Below, in pieces: positions 43,510 through 54,175 of a stretch of DNA of 64,000 nt. The translations under genes were made by a program, and so were the position numbers. Within the stretch, counting starts at the first letter, position 1. Each line of letters opens with the position of its first letter. Under the pieces are notes generated by a model that worked only from the letters and a program-made list of their open reading frames with translations, was not told the DNA's origin and did no database searches. The stretch is from Promethearchaeota archaeon (GTDB taxonomy: Archaea; Asgardarchaeota; Lokiarchaeia; Sigyniarchaeales; SOKP01): NCBI GenBank assembly GCA_019058445.1, contig JAHPZA010000009.1:160001-224000 (forward strand), written 5' to 3'.

Positions 43510-43736
43510 TAAGTAATTTAAAATGCTTATTTAATTTATTTTTTAAAAAAATCTCTAATTTTGCTAAAAATAACAACCTTATTTTATAACCTTACATTGA
43601 CTAATTTCATAAAAGATTTAGAGTTTTGTACAATTCAACAAATTTTCTTACAATACTAATATTGTTGTCTAAGGGCGGGAGTCATCTTTTTTCTATTCTA
43701 TTCTTAATTAAATAAATATAAATCTAAAAATAGAAA

Positions 43737-43846
43737 AAGAAAGGAATCCAAATTCAATCAGAAAAGCAAAAAAAGAGAGAGTTAAACTTCTTAAAAGTCT
43801 AACAGGGCGAAATCCAATGTAAGACTGAATTTTTTGATTCTTTCTT
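43737..43846 (+). repeat. Structured dispersed element, copy 2
   Basis: GAGAGA-hairpin-AGGGCGAAATCCAATG inside an enclosing stem. Confidence 0.65.
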
Positions 43847-44133
43847 ACTTAAACAAATAGAGGTAAAATTAATAAATTTACTGTATTTCTTTCTTTCAAA
43901 TTCTTTTTAGATCCGATTGAATTCTCTCCCTAATTTTTTGGGGAATGTCTATTGTCTCTTGAACTTTCGACTTTGGTTCTACCATTAAATCCTAATCTGC
44001 TTCTAATATGAATTGAATAAACACGTAAACACTAGCATAAAAAAGAAGTAAAAATGAAGATTGTATCAAGACAACATATCATAAAAAATAAAATTATAAA
44101 AAAAAAGTGAGATGAAATCTCACATTAAATTAG

Positions 44134-44577
44134 TTATTTTGGGGGATAAATCCTAAATTCCCCTTTAATTATATCAAATGGAATCCTATGAGTGTATAAC
44201 CACAATTCTGAGGGAATCAAATCCATATGATCTCGGAAAGTATCATTAGTCAGGATTGGGCAATCATCCTGGATGGCCTTTAATATGAGTAAAATATCGG
44301 CCTCTATCCCTTGAGGGGCTTCCAGTATGATCCTACGCCTTAAATAATATTCATAAGAAGGGCGATAGTCAATACAATAATATAATTCCCAATCAGCGAT
44401 TCCTGTAATATAATAATCATATTTTAAATTATTATACATTAGATTGATATTTTTAATTTTAGGGGGATTTTCATCATAATGCCCTGCGACATTAGAAATA
44501 TCTGAAAGTAATTTTGGCTTTGCTTTTCTCACCTTGAGTAAGTGATTTACGCATTGAAACCCCCTATATGCAAACAT
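44134..44577 (-). CDS. Zc3h12a/Regnase-like NYN (PIN) ribonuclease domain protein
   Basis: DISNVA, IAD, ADILLILKA...ILTNDTFRDH. Confidence 0.75.
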   Translation of the reverse strand: MFAYRGFQCVNHLLKVRKAKPKLLSDISNVAGHYDENPPKIKNINLMYNNLKYDYYITGIADWELYYCIDYRPSYEYYLRRRIILEAPQGIEADILLILKAIQDDCPILTNDTFRDHMDLIPSELWLYTHRIPFDIIKGEFRIYPPK

Positions 44578-44979
44578 CTGTACTGTATAACAATAAAATT
44601 TCTAACTATTTATGCAATATATCTTTTTCTTCCTATCTCACTCACTCACGGTTAATATTCTTAAAAAAGAGTATAATATCCTATATCTTCCCTATATCTG
44701 CTCAACAATCACTATACCATGCAGCTTTCTACCAATGAGGGGCCAATGCAGTTGGTCTTATAATAGACCTACATAAATGTAAGAAATCGTCTTTTATAAG
44801 TTTTGTTAAAATGAGTTATTTTCTTAATTTTTATCTAATTTTTGAAGATTGGAAAAAAGTGAATTTTTAATGCCTAATGTGAAATAGAGGAGCTCATGAA
44901 TTGAAAGAGTTATGAAGGATATATCTTTTTATGGATTAAATCCATAAAATGAGCTATTATTTTATTTCCAATGTTGGAT

Positions 44980-45750
44980 TTATAACTTCAATATCTTTAT
45001 TATATCTTCCTTAGTGGTTAATCTTGTATGAGAACAATCTCTAGTCCAAGAGGTAGTTGGGATATATGAGGTATTCTTACTATATAGTTTTTTTTTAATC
45101 ATATAATGTGTTCCTACTTCGTAATTTAATTGAATTAGGTAATTTCGATAAAATCCATCTTTTTCGCTTAGTGAGATCTCAACTGAGCCCTCTATTCTTA
45201 TATAATATTCTATAAAATCTAGATTTATTTGAGGGGTGATATAATTATTAAGAGCTTGGAGAAAGGGTTGCTCATCTATCTTCTCTATGTTGGTAATTTT
45301 ACCATTGAATTTATCGTTTTCTTCCCCAACTCCAATTTGAAGGAAAGCCACTCCTAAATTCTTTTCTTTTGTTTTATTATTTACTAAACTGAGCACATCT
45401 TTAATGAATTCGGCTTTTTGTTCTTGTTTTCGCTTTTTATCTAGAGAAATTATATCATACATTTGTGATTTGAAATCTAAAAACTCGCATTCTCGCTCCT
45501 CCAACAATTTTTTGATTAATTCCTTCTTTTTAAGTCTAGGAATTTTTCTGTATTTACCTGGAATCCTTAAATTCAAAAGATACGAACTAGTAATATATAC
45601 TATTGCCCCGAAGAATATAATTCCAAATACCAATAAGAATAATTGAATGTCGGGGTTCAACCTTATTATCATTGGATATGCTGCTATTGTTCCAATGGAA
45701 AAAAAAATAACAAAACACCCCATACATTTTTTAAAATTTGTTAATTTCAT
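44980..45750 (-). CDS. 2-TM anchored Schlafen/AlbA_2 domain protein
   Basis: ECEFLDFK, EFIKDVLSLVN, LQIGV, ITPQI. Confidence 0.75.
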   Translation of the reverse strand: MKLTNFKKCMGCFVIFFSIGTIAAYPMIIRLNPDIQLFLLVFGIIFFGAIVYITSSYLLNLRIPGKYRKIPRLKKKELIKKLLEERECEFLDFKSQMYDIISLDKKRKQEQKAEFIKDVLSLVNNKTKEKNLGVAFLQIGVGEENDKFNGKITNIEKIDEQPFLQALNNYITPQINLDFIEYYIRIEGSVEISLSEKDGFYRNYLIQLNYEVGTHYMIKKKLYSKNTSYIPTTSWTRDCSHTRLTTKEDIIKILKL

Positions 45751-46100
45751 TTGGACACCACATTCCCTTTGATTATTTTATAACTATAAGGAATCTTAGC
45801 TTAATAAATGATTTGGAACTATGGGATTATGTTCTAAATTGGAAAGTGCGATCCCATCCCCTTTACCATCTTCTTAATTAAAGAGGGAAATGCTATAAAG
45901 CACCATTTATCAGCTTCTTAATTACATAAGAAAATAATGGGAGATTTAATGAGTGCAGATATTATAGATCTTCGTCGACTAAATCCAAATATCAAAATTA
46001 TATAAAATAATTAATAGCAATATTTCTAAAAAGGCTAATTTTTATATGAGAATATCCTAATTAATATTAGCCAAAAAGTTCAAAATCGAGTTTAATAATA

Positions 46101-46712
46101 ATGTCAAATCAAGAGAAAATAGATTCATACCTTAACAATTTTGAAGTAAGATTAAATGAAGAGAAAAAATATAGTGGTTTAATAATTGCTTCCTCATTTT
46201 CAATGATGATTTTGTTACTTACTTTTATTTCTAATAGAGATTTTATTTTAGATCTTGGTATAGGTGCTATAATTCTCTCGATTTTTTTTCAATATTATAT
46301 ATTTAGAAAAGCTCCCCTAAATATAAAGAGTTTTAAAGAAATCGATGAAGCATTACAATTCAGTTTCAGAGAAATGAAAATAAGAGAAATTTGTCATTTG
46401 TTAGGAGAATATTTCTTTTTAATAAGTATTGCTTTAATATTGTCTTTTTTTAAATTATTTATTTATAGCTTTTTTTTAATTTTAGTTATAATATTAAAAG
46501 AACTAAAAAATATAATTAATGATTCGAAATATTTTAAACTTAATCGTGAATTTAAGGATCTTGGTGTTCCTATAGGTTCGGAGGATTATTTAATAATAAA
46601 ACACAACCTCTCTATTATTAAGATTACTTTTTTATTAAGTTCTTTTCATTTAATATTGAGTGCGTATTTTGTAATCTTATTACTTGACTACGGTTCAATT
46701 ATGTCTTTTTAG
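46101..46712 (+). CDS. Multi-TM hypothetical protein
   Basis: Four to five hydrophobic segments. Confidence 0.6.
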   Translation: MSNQEKIDSYLNNFEVRLNEEKKYSGLIIASSFSMMILLLTFISNRDFILDLGIGAIILSIFFQYYIFRKAPLNIKSFKEIDEALQFSFREMKIREICHLLGEYFFLISIALILSFFKLFIYSFFLILVIILKELKNIINDSKYFKLNREFKDLGVPIGSEDYLIIKHNLSIIKITFLLSSFHLILSAYFVILLLDYGSIMSF

Positions 46713-46835
46713 GCAACATAAATTAACTTTTATGAATAATATTTTTAAATAAACATTAAATTTACCTTTTCCTTTATTGAGATATTGATATGATACAATA
46801 TCTTGTAGAAAGAGATATTTTGAAAGTGTAGAACA

Positions 46836-47870
46836 TTAAAAATATTTAACAATTGCTTTAAACGCGGGTTCAAGTATTGAAAAAGAATCTTCATCTAGTA
46901 GACCTATATTAGAAATTCGTTTTTCATATTCCTGAAGATGAATATAATTTCTATAATCTCTAAAAATATTCTGTGCAATACCCCATTCTGTATCTTTTCC
47001 TATTTCAAAAGAGAAATTACTACCTGCAGTTTCGAGATAATAACACATCTTATCAAAAAATGTAGCCTTAGTTAAAGATTTACTATTAGAGATTTTTGAA
47101 TGATTAATTCTATTAATATTCTTATTTTCCAACCATTTTGTTAAGAGATATTCTAATATTGAGCCCATTTTAATACATGCATCTTTCCAATAGCCAAGTT
47201 TGATTAGGTCAACGATTGATTTATGCTCTTGTAAAACTAATTTTCGATTAGTGATAAATTGCTTTTGAAATAATTCATTAGAAGACTCATAAAATTTGAG
47301 GGATATTTCTTTTAATTTAGGATTAAATTCAATTAAAAACTTATCTTGGATATTTAGATTACAACAATAAAGAGAAATTAAAATTGCTGACAATATAGAA
47401 AGATAAAATCCGCTTTGGAGTTCAAAATTATATAATAAAAATTTTGTTGTAGGATTATTAGGAAAATCAATTAAAAATGGAAAAAATACACCACCTAATA
47501 ACCATATTAAACTTCCAGCTAGCAATAAAATAGAGGAAAATATCAATGAATATTTTTTTAACTTTATTTCTTCTAGTATAAAGTGTGAAAAATAAACAAA
47601 ACATCCAATTAGATAAATAATCAATCCCGCAACCAATCCATAAATGTTAAAGCTAACAAAATAAATTGGATCAATAGGAAAGAAAAATTCTGAATGATAA
47701 AACTTAGAGGAAGTTGTCCAAATTGGATTAAATTTTAAAACTCTCATAACTTTTTGACCATATAATTCTCCATAGATAACAATTTCAACCCACGGTAAGC
47801 AAAAACTTGAAATTAAACAACCAATAATGATAACTTCAAAAAACAAATTTATTCCTCTTAATTTTTTCAT
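46836..47870 (-). CDS. 4-TM protein with C-terminal HEPN (DUF4145-like) domain
   Basis: ACIKMGSILEYLL, RDYRNYIH. Confidence 0.7.
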   Translation of the reverse strand: MKKLRGINLFFEVIIIGCLISSFCLPWVEIVIYGELYGQKVMRVLKFNPIWTTSSKFYHSEFFFPIDPIYFVSFNIYGLVAGLIIYLIGCFVYFSHFILEEIKLKKYSLIFSSILLLAGSLIWLLGGVFFPFLIDFPNNPTTKFLLYNFELQSGFYLSILSAILISLYCCNLNIQDKFLIEFNPKLKEISLKFYESSNELFQKQFITNRKLVLQEHKSIVDLIKLGYWKDACIKMGSILEYLLTKWLENKNINRINHSKISNSKSLTKATFFDKMCYYLETAGSNFSFEIGKDTEWGIAQNIFRDYRNYIHLQEYEKRISNIGLLDEDSFSILEPAFKAIVKYF

Positions 47871-48030
47871 TGTACTACCCTGATTAAGATTAAATTATTA
47901 GTTTTCTATAATTATATTTAAAATATCCTTTTTAAAATAAATTGACAAAAAATTATTAATCTATGAAAAAATAATAGGTCTTTTCCTAAATCTAATGTTT
48001 TTATAATCATTTAAATTATATAATCCTAAA

Positions 48031-49509
48031 ATGAAAGAATTAAATTATGAGAAATTTATAGAATTCTGTAGAAAAAAAATCAAAGAAGGTAAATTTTTTG
48101 AAAAAGTATTAGGGATATATTATATTATTACTGCCATATTTTTATCTTCTTTATATTATTCTTTAGATTTTTTAATTTTTGTAACAATTCTTCTCATATT
48201 TACATTATCATTTATAGGGCCTTTAGTAATAATAGGTATAAGATTTAAGTTTCCTTGGAAAAAGAATGTTAAAAATTATAATGAAAAATTCTATAGAGAA
48301 GTAAAAATACTTTTTTCTGGAAATATACTAGATGATAAGAATTCTTTAGAGAGTTGTAGGTCATGGTTTTCTAAAGCTAGAATTTTTGATGGAATAAAAT
48401 TTAGTGGCTATATTCTTAGCATATTTCTATTAGTATATTACATTTTGTTATTAATAGAAATAGTTATATTGAATTTTTCAATGATTTATGTTGAAAAAAA
48501 TACAAATTTTATTTTCAAATTCCTCTTCAATCCTTTTTTAAAATATTATATATTTTGTTTAACATGGTTCTTATTGTTTAACATTACAGAACTATATATT
48601 AATCGATTAAAATTAACAATTGATGATATTATCAGAGAAGCTTATAATGATATTGAAGATAAGAATGATAATATTTTCTCTATTTTAAATAATCCAGATT
48701 CCATTAATTATGAAGATCTTCAAAAAGATATAAAAACAGAAATAATTAACATCCAGAATCTTTATTCTTTAAATATTCTTAAAGTATTAAAAAAATCAGA
48801 ACATCGATTTAAGCTAAAATATTTATATAAACAATTTAAAGTGGGGGGTAGATTTGATCTCATTAAAATAATAAACAGTTATTTAAAGTGTATTGAAATT
48901 ATCAATTCTAAAAATGAAGATTTTGAATATTATGACGTTTTCTATAATTATTCAACTATTTTAGCTAAATTAAAAAAAGAAATTATATTAGAGTCAGAAA
49001 GTATCATAAATGAAACTAAAGACTATTTAAATGAGTATAAAGAAGTAAGAGTTAATAAAACGGATATAAGAGAAAAAAAGAACACAATTAATAATCTAAT
49101 TAGTGATTTTGAATTAACAATTCGACAATTTATTAAAAATCAATTAAAAAAACATTTTAGTGAAGATTGGTGGAATCAAGGTATCCCCTCAAAAATACGA
49201 AAAGATGCTGAAGTCCTTAAATCAAAAAAAGAAATAATTGAACCTAAAAGAACATATCAAGTTATAGATTTTCTCACATTTATGGATTACTCTAATATTA
49301 TTTTAAATAAAAAGAATTGGAATAACATCTTCAGTGATTTTTTTAATCAAAAATACATCTTTCAAGCACCATTCGAAAAGTTAACATATATTAGGAATGA
49401 TCTTGCTCATAATAGATTTATAGAAGATGATTTTGAACGATGCAAAACTTATATTAAAGATATTTTGAAATATATACCAGATTTTAATCGGAACTGTATA
49501 TTAAATTAA
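48031..49509 (+). CDS. 4-TM protein with C-terminal Swt1-like HEPN domain
   Basis: FELTIRQFI, DWW..GIP, NW..IFSDFF, IRNDLAHNR. Confidence 0.78.
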   Translation: MKELNYEKFIEFCRKKIKEGKFFEKVLGIYYIITAIFLSSLYYSLDFLIFVTILLIFTLSFIGPLVIIGIRFKFPWKKNVKNYNEKFYREVKILFSGNILDDKNSLESCRSWFSKARIFDGIKFSGYILSIFLLVYYILLLIEIVILNFSMIYVEKNTNFIFKFLFNPFLKYYIFCLTWFLLFNITELYINRLKLTIDDIIREAYNDIEDKNDNIFSILNNPDSINYEDLQKDIKTEIINIQNLYSLNILKVLKKSEHRFKLKYLYKQFKVGGRFDLIKIINSYLKCIEIINSKNEDFEYYDVFYNYSTILAKLKKEIILESESIINETKDYLNEYKEVRVNKTDIREKKNTINNLISDFELTIRQFIKNQLKKHFSEDWWNQGIPSKIRKDAEVLKSKKEIIEPKRTYQVIDFLTFMDYSNIILNKKNWNNIFSDFFNQKYIFQAPFEKLTYIRNDLAHNRFIEDDFERCKTYIKDILKYIPDFNRNCILN

Positions 49510-49735
49510 GACGGAAAAAGATAAACAAAAACCAGTAATTTATGATTTAGGAATATCTTTTACGAGAGATGGTTCTTATACGAGATTAATTACTCAAGAT
49601 GATAGAAAAAAAATAATGAATCTAAAAAAAAGACATAACTTTTAATTGACTTTATTTATTTTTTAAAGAATTTACACTCTACTTATGATTAATTGCTTTT
49701 CATTATAGATTCATAAAATAGCTTTATTTTTCTAT

Positions 49736-51352
49736 TTATATTGGACTCACTTTTTCAATTATCCTTTTAATAAATCTTTTACCAATAAGTTTTATACAGA
49801 TACCTATGAACTGTTTCCGATTTATTCTACCTTCTTTGTAGTCTTTATATGCATCTTTAATCTTTTCCCAGTCAGAAGCAAGATGATCTACTAAGTATGC
49901 TTCTAAATCATCAACTTTATCAAAAATTTGTTCTATTTGTAGCGTATATTCTTTAATTAACTCTGTATCGCTCTTGATATCATCTAATTTTTCACTGAAA
50001 TCTCTTAATATCTCTGTAATTTTTTCTGTTTTGTCACTCATTGCCTTAATAATAATTTCTGAACTATCACCTACTTTATTTAGAGCAACAGATAATGCAA
50101 CATCCTGCTTGTCGTACAAACCTTGAGCATAGGCTTCGATTAACTTGAAATTATCATTCTGAATAGCATGTATTTCTTGAAGCAACTTAAAGTTACATCT
50201 CTTAATGATATTTTCTATTTCTGACTCTAAATTAATGATATCAATATCACTTTCAATAATTAGCTTTTGATCCTCCATAAATTGGGTTTTTTGGTCAAAT
50301 TCTTGCTTGCTTATCTGTTTAGGAATTAATAAATTGCATACATAACAAATTTTAAATGGTTCAATAAAACTAGACCGTGTTCTTCCACTGGGATCCATAT
50401 ATGTTACCATTCCTTCTATAGAATCACCCACACAACTTTGTGTTGCTATTAATTTGAAAGTTGGACTCTCAAAAGAATTTGGTTTTAGTAAATTGATTTT
50501 AGACCTATCTTTTTTTACTAATAAACCTGCAGGAGTTTGAGTTAATAAAATTTGAATATTATTTATTACTAATTTGGAGTTATTCTTTATCTTCACTTTA
50601 TAATAGAAAATGCTTTGATTACCTTCAATTTTCCAGTCTCCTCCGCGTAAAACTTCAATATCCTTCATATTAAAGTCCGTTGATATATCTTGAGATTCAA
50701 TAAAATTTTTATCCTGTGTGGATATAGATGATTCCATAAAAGAATAATCTCTCTTTTCCTTATTAAAACTAATGCAATATTCTATATCTATAATTTCTGG
50801 AGCATTATCTCTTAATGGGTATAATTCTTTAACTGCATTTAAAATAAGGGCATTATCTTCTTCTTTTAATTCTCTTAACTTTTCAGTATATTCAATAGGT
50901 GAATAAATTTCAAATGTACTAATAATGGAATGTAGTCTACTTCCAAAGGATGATGATTCTCTGACATTAGAATGAGATTGAAAAAGTAATCTAGATAAAT
51001 CTTCTCGACCTCTGTATTTTAGTATTTGTCTGATTTTTTCAATATCATTTTCAATTTCTTTTGAGATTATCTTTTTTTCTTTTAAAATAGGTTTAAAAAA
51101 TTCTAGATATTCTTTTAGAACTTTATTCCTAGATCTATGAAAATATCCATATGTATTCCAATTTGGTGTAAAAGAATTATTGGTTTTAATAATTTCCTCT
51201 AAAATTTGTAATGTTAAAGATAGATTTTCAAAATTAATATCATCTTCGTTAATACCATAATCACTAAGATTAAATTCTATTGGTAATCTTAAAAATTCAA
51301 TAATTTCTCTTTTGAGACCTCCAAACTTTAGTCGAGTTTCTTTTTCAATCAT
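49736..51352 (-). CDS. Multidomain protein with possible adaptin-appendage-like Ig/platform region
   Basis: RGGDW..YKVKIKN..CVGDSIEGMVTY beta-rich block followed by an alpha/beta block and coiled coil. Confidence 0.45.
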   Translation of the reverse strand: MIEKETRLKFGGLKREIIEFLRLPIEFNLSDYGINEDDINFENLSLTLQILEEIIKTNNSFTPNWNTYGYFHRSRNKVLKEYLEFFKPILKEKKIISKEIENDIEKIRQILKYRGREDLSRLLFQSHSNVRESSSFGSRLHSIISTFEIYSPIEYTEKLRELKEEDNALILNAVKELYPLRDNAPEIIDIEYCISFNKEKRDYSFMESSISTQDKNFIESQDISTDFNMKDIEVLRGGDWKIEGNQSIFYYKVKIKNNSKLVINNIQILLTQTPAGLLVKKDRSKINLLKPNSFESPTFKLIATQSCVGDSIEGMVTYMDPSGRTRSSFIEPFKICYVCNLLIPKQISKQEFDQKTQFMEDQKLIIESDIDIINLESEIENIIKRCNFKLLQEIHAIQNDNFKLIEAYAQGLYDKQDVALSVALNKVGDSSEIIIKAMSDKTEKITEILRDFSEKLDDIKSDTELIKEYTLQIEQIFDKVDDLEAYLVDHLASDWEKIKDAYKDYKEGRINRKQFIGICIKLIGKRFIKRIIEKVSPI

Positions 51353-51685
51353 AATCTTTTCTAATTAATAATAAAGTAAATAATATATATTAGCATAATT
51401 GAAATTAAGTTCTTTGATGGTGAATCCACATACTTCCCTTACCCTATATCGACTATGAACTTATCAGTTCTATAAAAAGGGGTTTCCCTCAATTTTATCT
51501 TTAAATAAACTCCAATTTTATATTAGTTTTACAAGTTCTTTTCTTAATATTAATTATTTTAATAAATTTACATGGTGTTAATGATAAATAAAAAAGAGAG
51601 AATTATAACAGAGATTATCCCATAAAATTTATTTAAATAGTCGTTTTTCCTTCTTTTTAGTAACAGTTAATAAATTAAATTTAAG

Positions 51686-51940
51686 ATGATAAAGCTGAAA
51701 GACGATTATAAATATCTTTTTGGTTTGGGAATACGCTCGTTCTATGATGCTATAAAATCAGATTTGAAAACAGATGAAAATGAATCTGCTTTTGATTTTG
51801 TTGAATCAATAGGAAAAGAGATTAGGAATGAACTAGAGAATAATCCTAAATATCAAAAAATCTATCAGGGAGCAGATTTAGCACGAAAAGCAAAAGAATT
51901 TGCAGATGAGCTTGAAAAATTATTCTCGGATTTCTTCTAG
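51686..51940 (+). CDS. Small hypothetical protein
   Basis: 84 aa helical ORF. Confidence 0.5.
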   Translation: MIKLKDDYKYLFGLGIRSFYDAIKSDLKTDENESAFDFVESIGKEIRNELENNPKYQKIYQGADLARKAKEFADELEKLFSDFF

Positions 51941-51960
51941 AAACCCATTTAATAAAGAAC

Positions 51961-52188
51961 TTATAGAAAGCTCATCTCATAATAATCTTTCTTTATTTTC
52001 ACTTTTTCTAAGATCGGTTTCAATTTCTCATCTATGTAGGTTTCGATTTTCCGAATAATCCTTTCATCCAACTCCTCTAATTCTGCATCTTCTATAATAC
52101 TTTCCTTACTATTAACTATAATCCTATAAATTACAGAAAGAAAAAGTATATAGAAATCGAAGCTGCATAAATTTTTAATTTTCAACAT
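51961..52188 (-). CDS. Small hypothetical protein or gene remnant
   Basis: 75 aa ORF. Confidence 0.35.
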   Translation of the reverse strand: MLKIKNLCSFDFYILFLSVIYRIIVNSKESIIEDAELEELDERIIRKIETYIDEKLKPILEKVKIKKDYYEMSFL

Positions 52189-52236
52189 ATCATGTAGATA
52201 TTACCCTATTAAAAGAGCTGAAAGAAAGAGACCTGA

Positions 52237-52493
52237 TTAAATATTAAAATATCTCAAATCATTAACGGGAAAGAACATAATTTAGCTTCAGAAGATGTAA
52301 ATAAGCTAATAGAATTTCAACAATTACGGAATGTTTATGCTCATGGTGATGGTACAATTACTCAAAATTATCTTGATAAAATTCCGAATTCTAATTTCAA
52401 GCTAGGTTAGCGACTAGAAATATCTCAAGAAATATTACTAAAGAGTTATTATATAGTAATAAAAACTATCAATAATTTAATAAAGCATTTATA
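52237..52493 (+). pseudogene. Degraded HEPN-domain gene
   Basis: LIEFQQLRNVYAHGDGTITQNYL...FKLG*RLEIS; in-frame TAG at 52408-52410; no start. Confidence 0.65.
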
Positions 52494-52559
52494 GAGAAAT
52501 ATCCTGAAATAATTTCCAATAAAAATAATTTGTGAAAATTATTAACTTGGTTTGAAAAT

Positions 52560-53498
52560 ATGATCCCTATTAATTCATTTCCAATTTGGAGAAAATTTTT
52601 TGATTTTAAGAAATACTCCGAATTGGTTGATAATAGTATTATTCAAATTACTGAAGACTTTAATGCAAGATATAAATTTATTGAAAAAGAAAACGCAAAA
52701 GATATTTTTTGGAAATTAGCAACATTGCAGAAAGAATTAGATCCGAATAATTGTTATGATATTTTTGCGTTATTTATTGGAAGAATGCTATTCTATGAAA
52801 TTCTTAAAAAAGAAAAAAGTAATGTTGAAGAACAATATCAAATCCATAAAGAATGGTTTGAATATATATCTAGACGAATCAAACCTCATGTAGCAAAATT
52901 ATCTGAAAAATTTTTACGGATATTATTCTCTTATTACCCCGCTGGAGATATTACAGAAGGAGTTTCGAAGTTAGAAATGACAAAAGATATGATTGAAGAA
53001 TTTGATATTCTTAATGTCCTCGTGAATCCAAGAATAAATGCATATAAAAAAGTTCGGGCTTTTAAAGAACAATATATGAACTTTTATGATCTCTTTTTAG
53101 ATCGATGTAAGTTAATTGGTGATGAACTGTCTAGATATGAAGGAAATAGGAAAGTTGGTAGATATGGAAAGGATCCTTATAACATTTTCCAATTAAGAAA
53201 TAATAATCAATATACACCTCCAGATTTTATCAAAGATATGATAATTGAACTTGTCCATATAAGAAATGCTTGTGCTCATTTGGGGATAACAGTCTTAAAC
53301 GAAAATGAAGTACAAATTATTGATAGATATCCTAATGGTGAAATAAGCTTTAATGAGACAGTTCAAATAAAAGATTTAATCATATATTTTATTAGATTAT
53401 TTTCACTTGATAAAGAATTTGAGAATTTAGCATTACTAATATATATAATTGGCTGGTTAAATGAAATAAGCCTAAAGAGAACTGAAGAGTCTAAATAA
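52560..53498 (+). CDS. HEPN-domain protein
   Basis: IRNACAH motif. Confidence 0.65.
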   Translation: MIPINSFPIWRKFFDFKKYSELVDNSIIQITEDFNARYKFIEKENAKDIFWKLATLQKELDPNNCYDIFALFIGRMLFYEILKKEKSNVEEQYQIHKEWFEYISRRIKPHVAKLSEKFLRILFSYYPAGDITEGVSKLEMTKDMIEEFDILNVLVNPRINAYKKVRAFKEQYMNFYDLFLDRCKLIGDELSRYEGNRKVGRYGKDPYNIFQLRNNNQYTPPDFIKDMIIELVHIRNACAHLGITVLNENEVQIIDRYPNGEISFNETVQIKDLIIYFIRLFSLDKEFENLALLIYIIGWLNEISLKRTEESK

Positions 53499-53578
53499 CT
53501 TTTATTATAAGGTTTTCTAAAAAGGTATTCACAGTATCCCAACAGTTATCTTAGAATTTTTCCCTTAATTCTCTTTTT

Positions 53579-53821
53579 TCAAATAATTTTTAAATCGGAT
53601 TTGATACTCTTTCTAATTTTTTGAAGAAGATCTATTGCTTCTTGAACTTTCGATTTAGCTTGTACCGTTAAATCCTTATCGGCTTTCAAATTAAATAAGG
53701 TCATGTTGGGAATGTCTTTTCGCAATTCGTTTAAATTTTCCATTATCATATCGACATTTTCAATTTCTTCAATTAGTTGTTTTTTGGTAATAATATGACT
53801 TTTAGTTATTCTTTCAATCAT
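53579..53821 (-). CDS. Small helical hypothetical protein
   Basis: 80 aa ORF. Confidence 0.5.
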   Translation of the reverse strand: MIERITKSHIITKKQLIEEIENVDMIMENLNELRKDIPNMTLFNLKADKDLTVQAKSKVQEAIDLLQKIRKSIKSDLKII

Positions 53822-54175
53822 TTCTTAATATTCTAAATTTCCTATGTTTACAAGAATATCTAAAAAAACCTATTTAAAGTAAGAATTAGAAATAAGAATA
53901 GTTCATAGAGGTATGTAATGTTGAGTATCAATTTATTGGAAAATACTTGATATATCTATAAAATATTAAATTAGATGATCATAGAATAAAGATAGACAAT
54001 AATTTATCGGTAAATTTTAGGACTTGTCTAATTATTGCTTTTATCCCTTCTATTATCAATATAATACACTTTTTTTGTATTAATTTTACGGGTATCAATT
54101 TCAATACAGTAACTAAAAAAATAATTCAAAAGGTTATGGATTTTTTTTTAAATAGTCACTCTTATTTTTATTAGA

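Larger units (their letters stand above)
21425..54175. mobile_element. ~32.7 kb genomic island inserted in the MTase gene
   Basis: The two MTase halves flank it; content is accessory (RM, nucleases, HEPN, virus-like ORFs); no integrase seen. Confidence 0.8.

Noticed and set aside
51418-51490. Possible fluoride riboswitch or hammerhead (GATGGTG..., CTGATAA)
   Set aside because: Core nucleotides and required pairings do not match
21408-54013. 10-bp direct repeat TTATCGGTAA at 21408 and 54004 as a possible att core
   Set aside because: The second copy is about 160 nt from where the MTase frame resumes, so recombination there would not restore the gene; plausible by chance
21446-54174. CAG|GT near the left island end and a pyrimidine-rich TTAG| at the right end, resembling a spliceosomal intron
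   Set aside because: The join is out of frame (AAC CTT TAG) and keeps non-MTase residues; no spliceosome is known in archaea
38547-54175. Integron cassette array
   Set aside because: No IntI, genes in mixed orientation and no clear RYYYAAC...GTTRRRY attC sites
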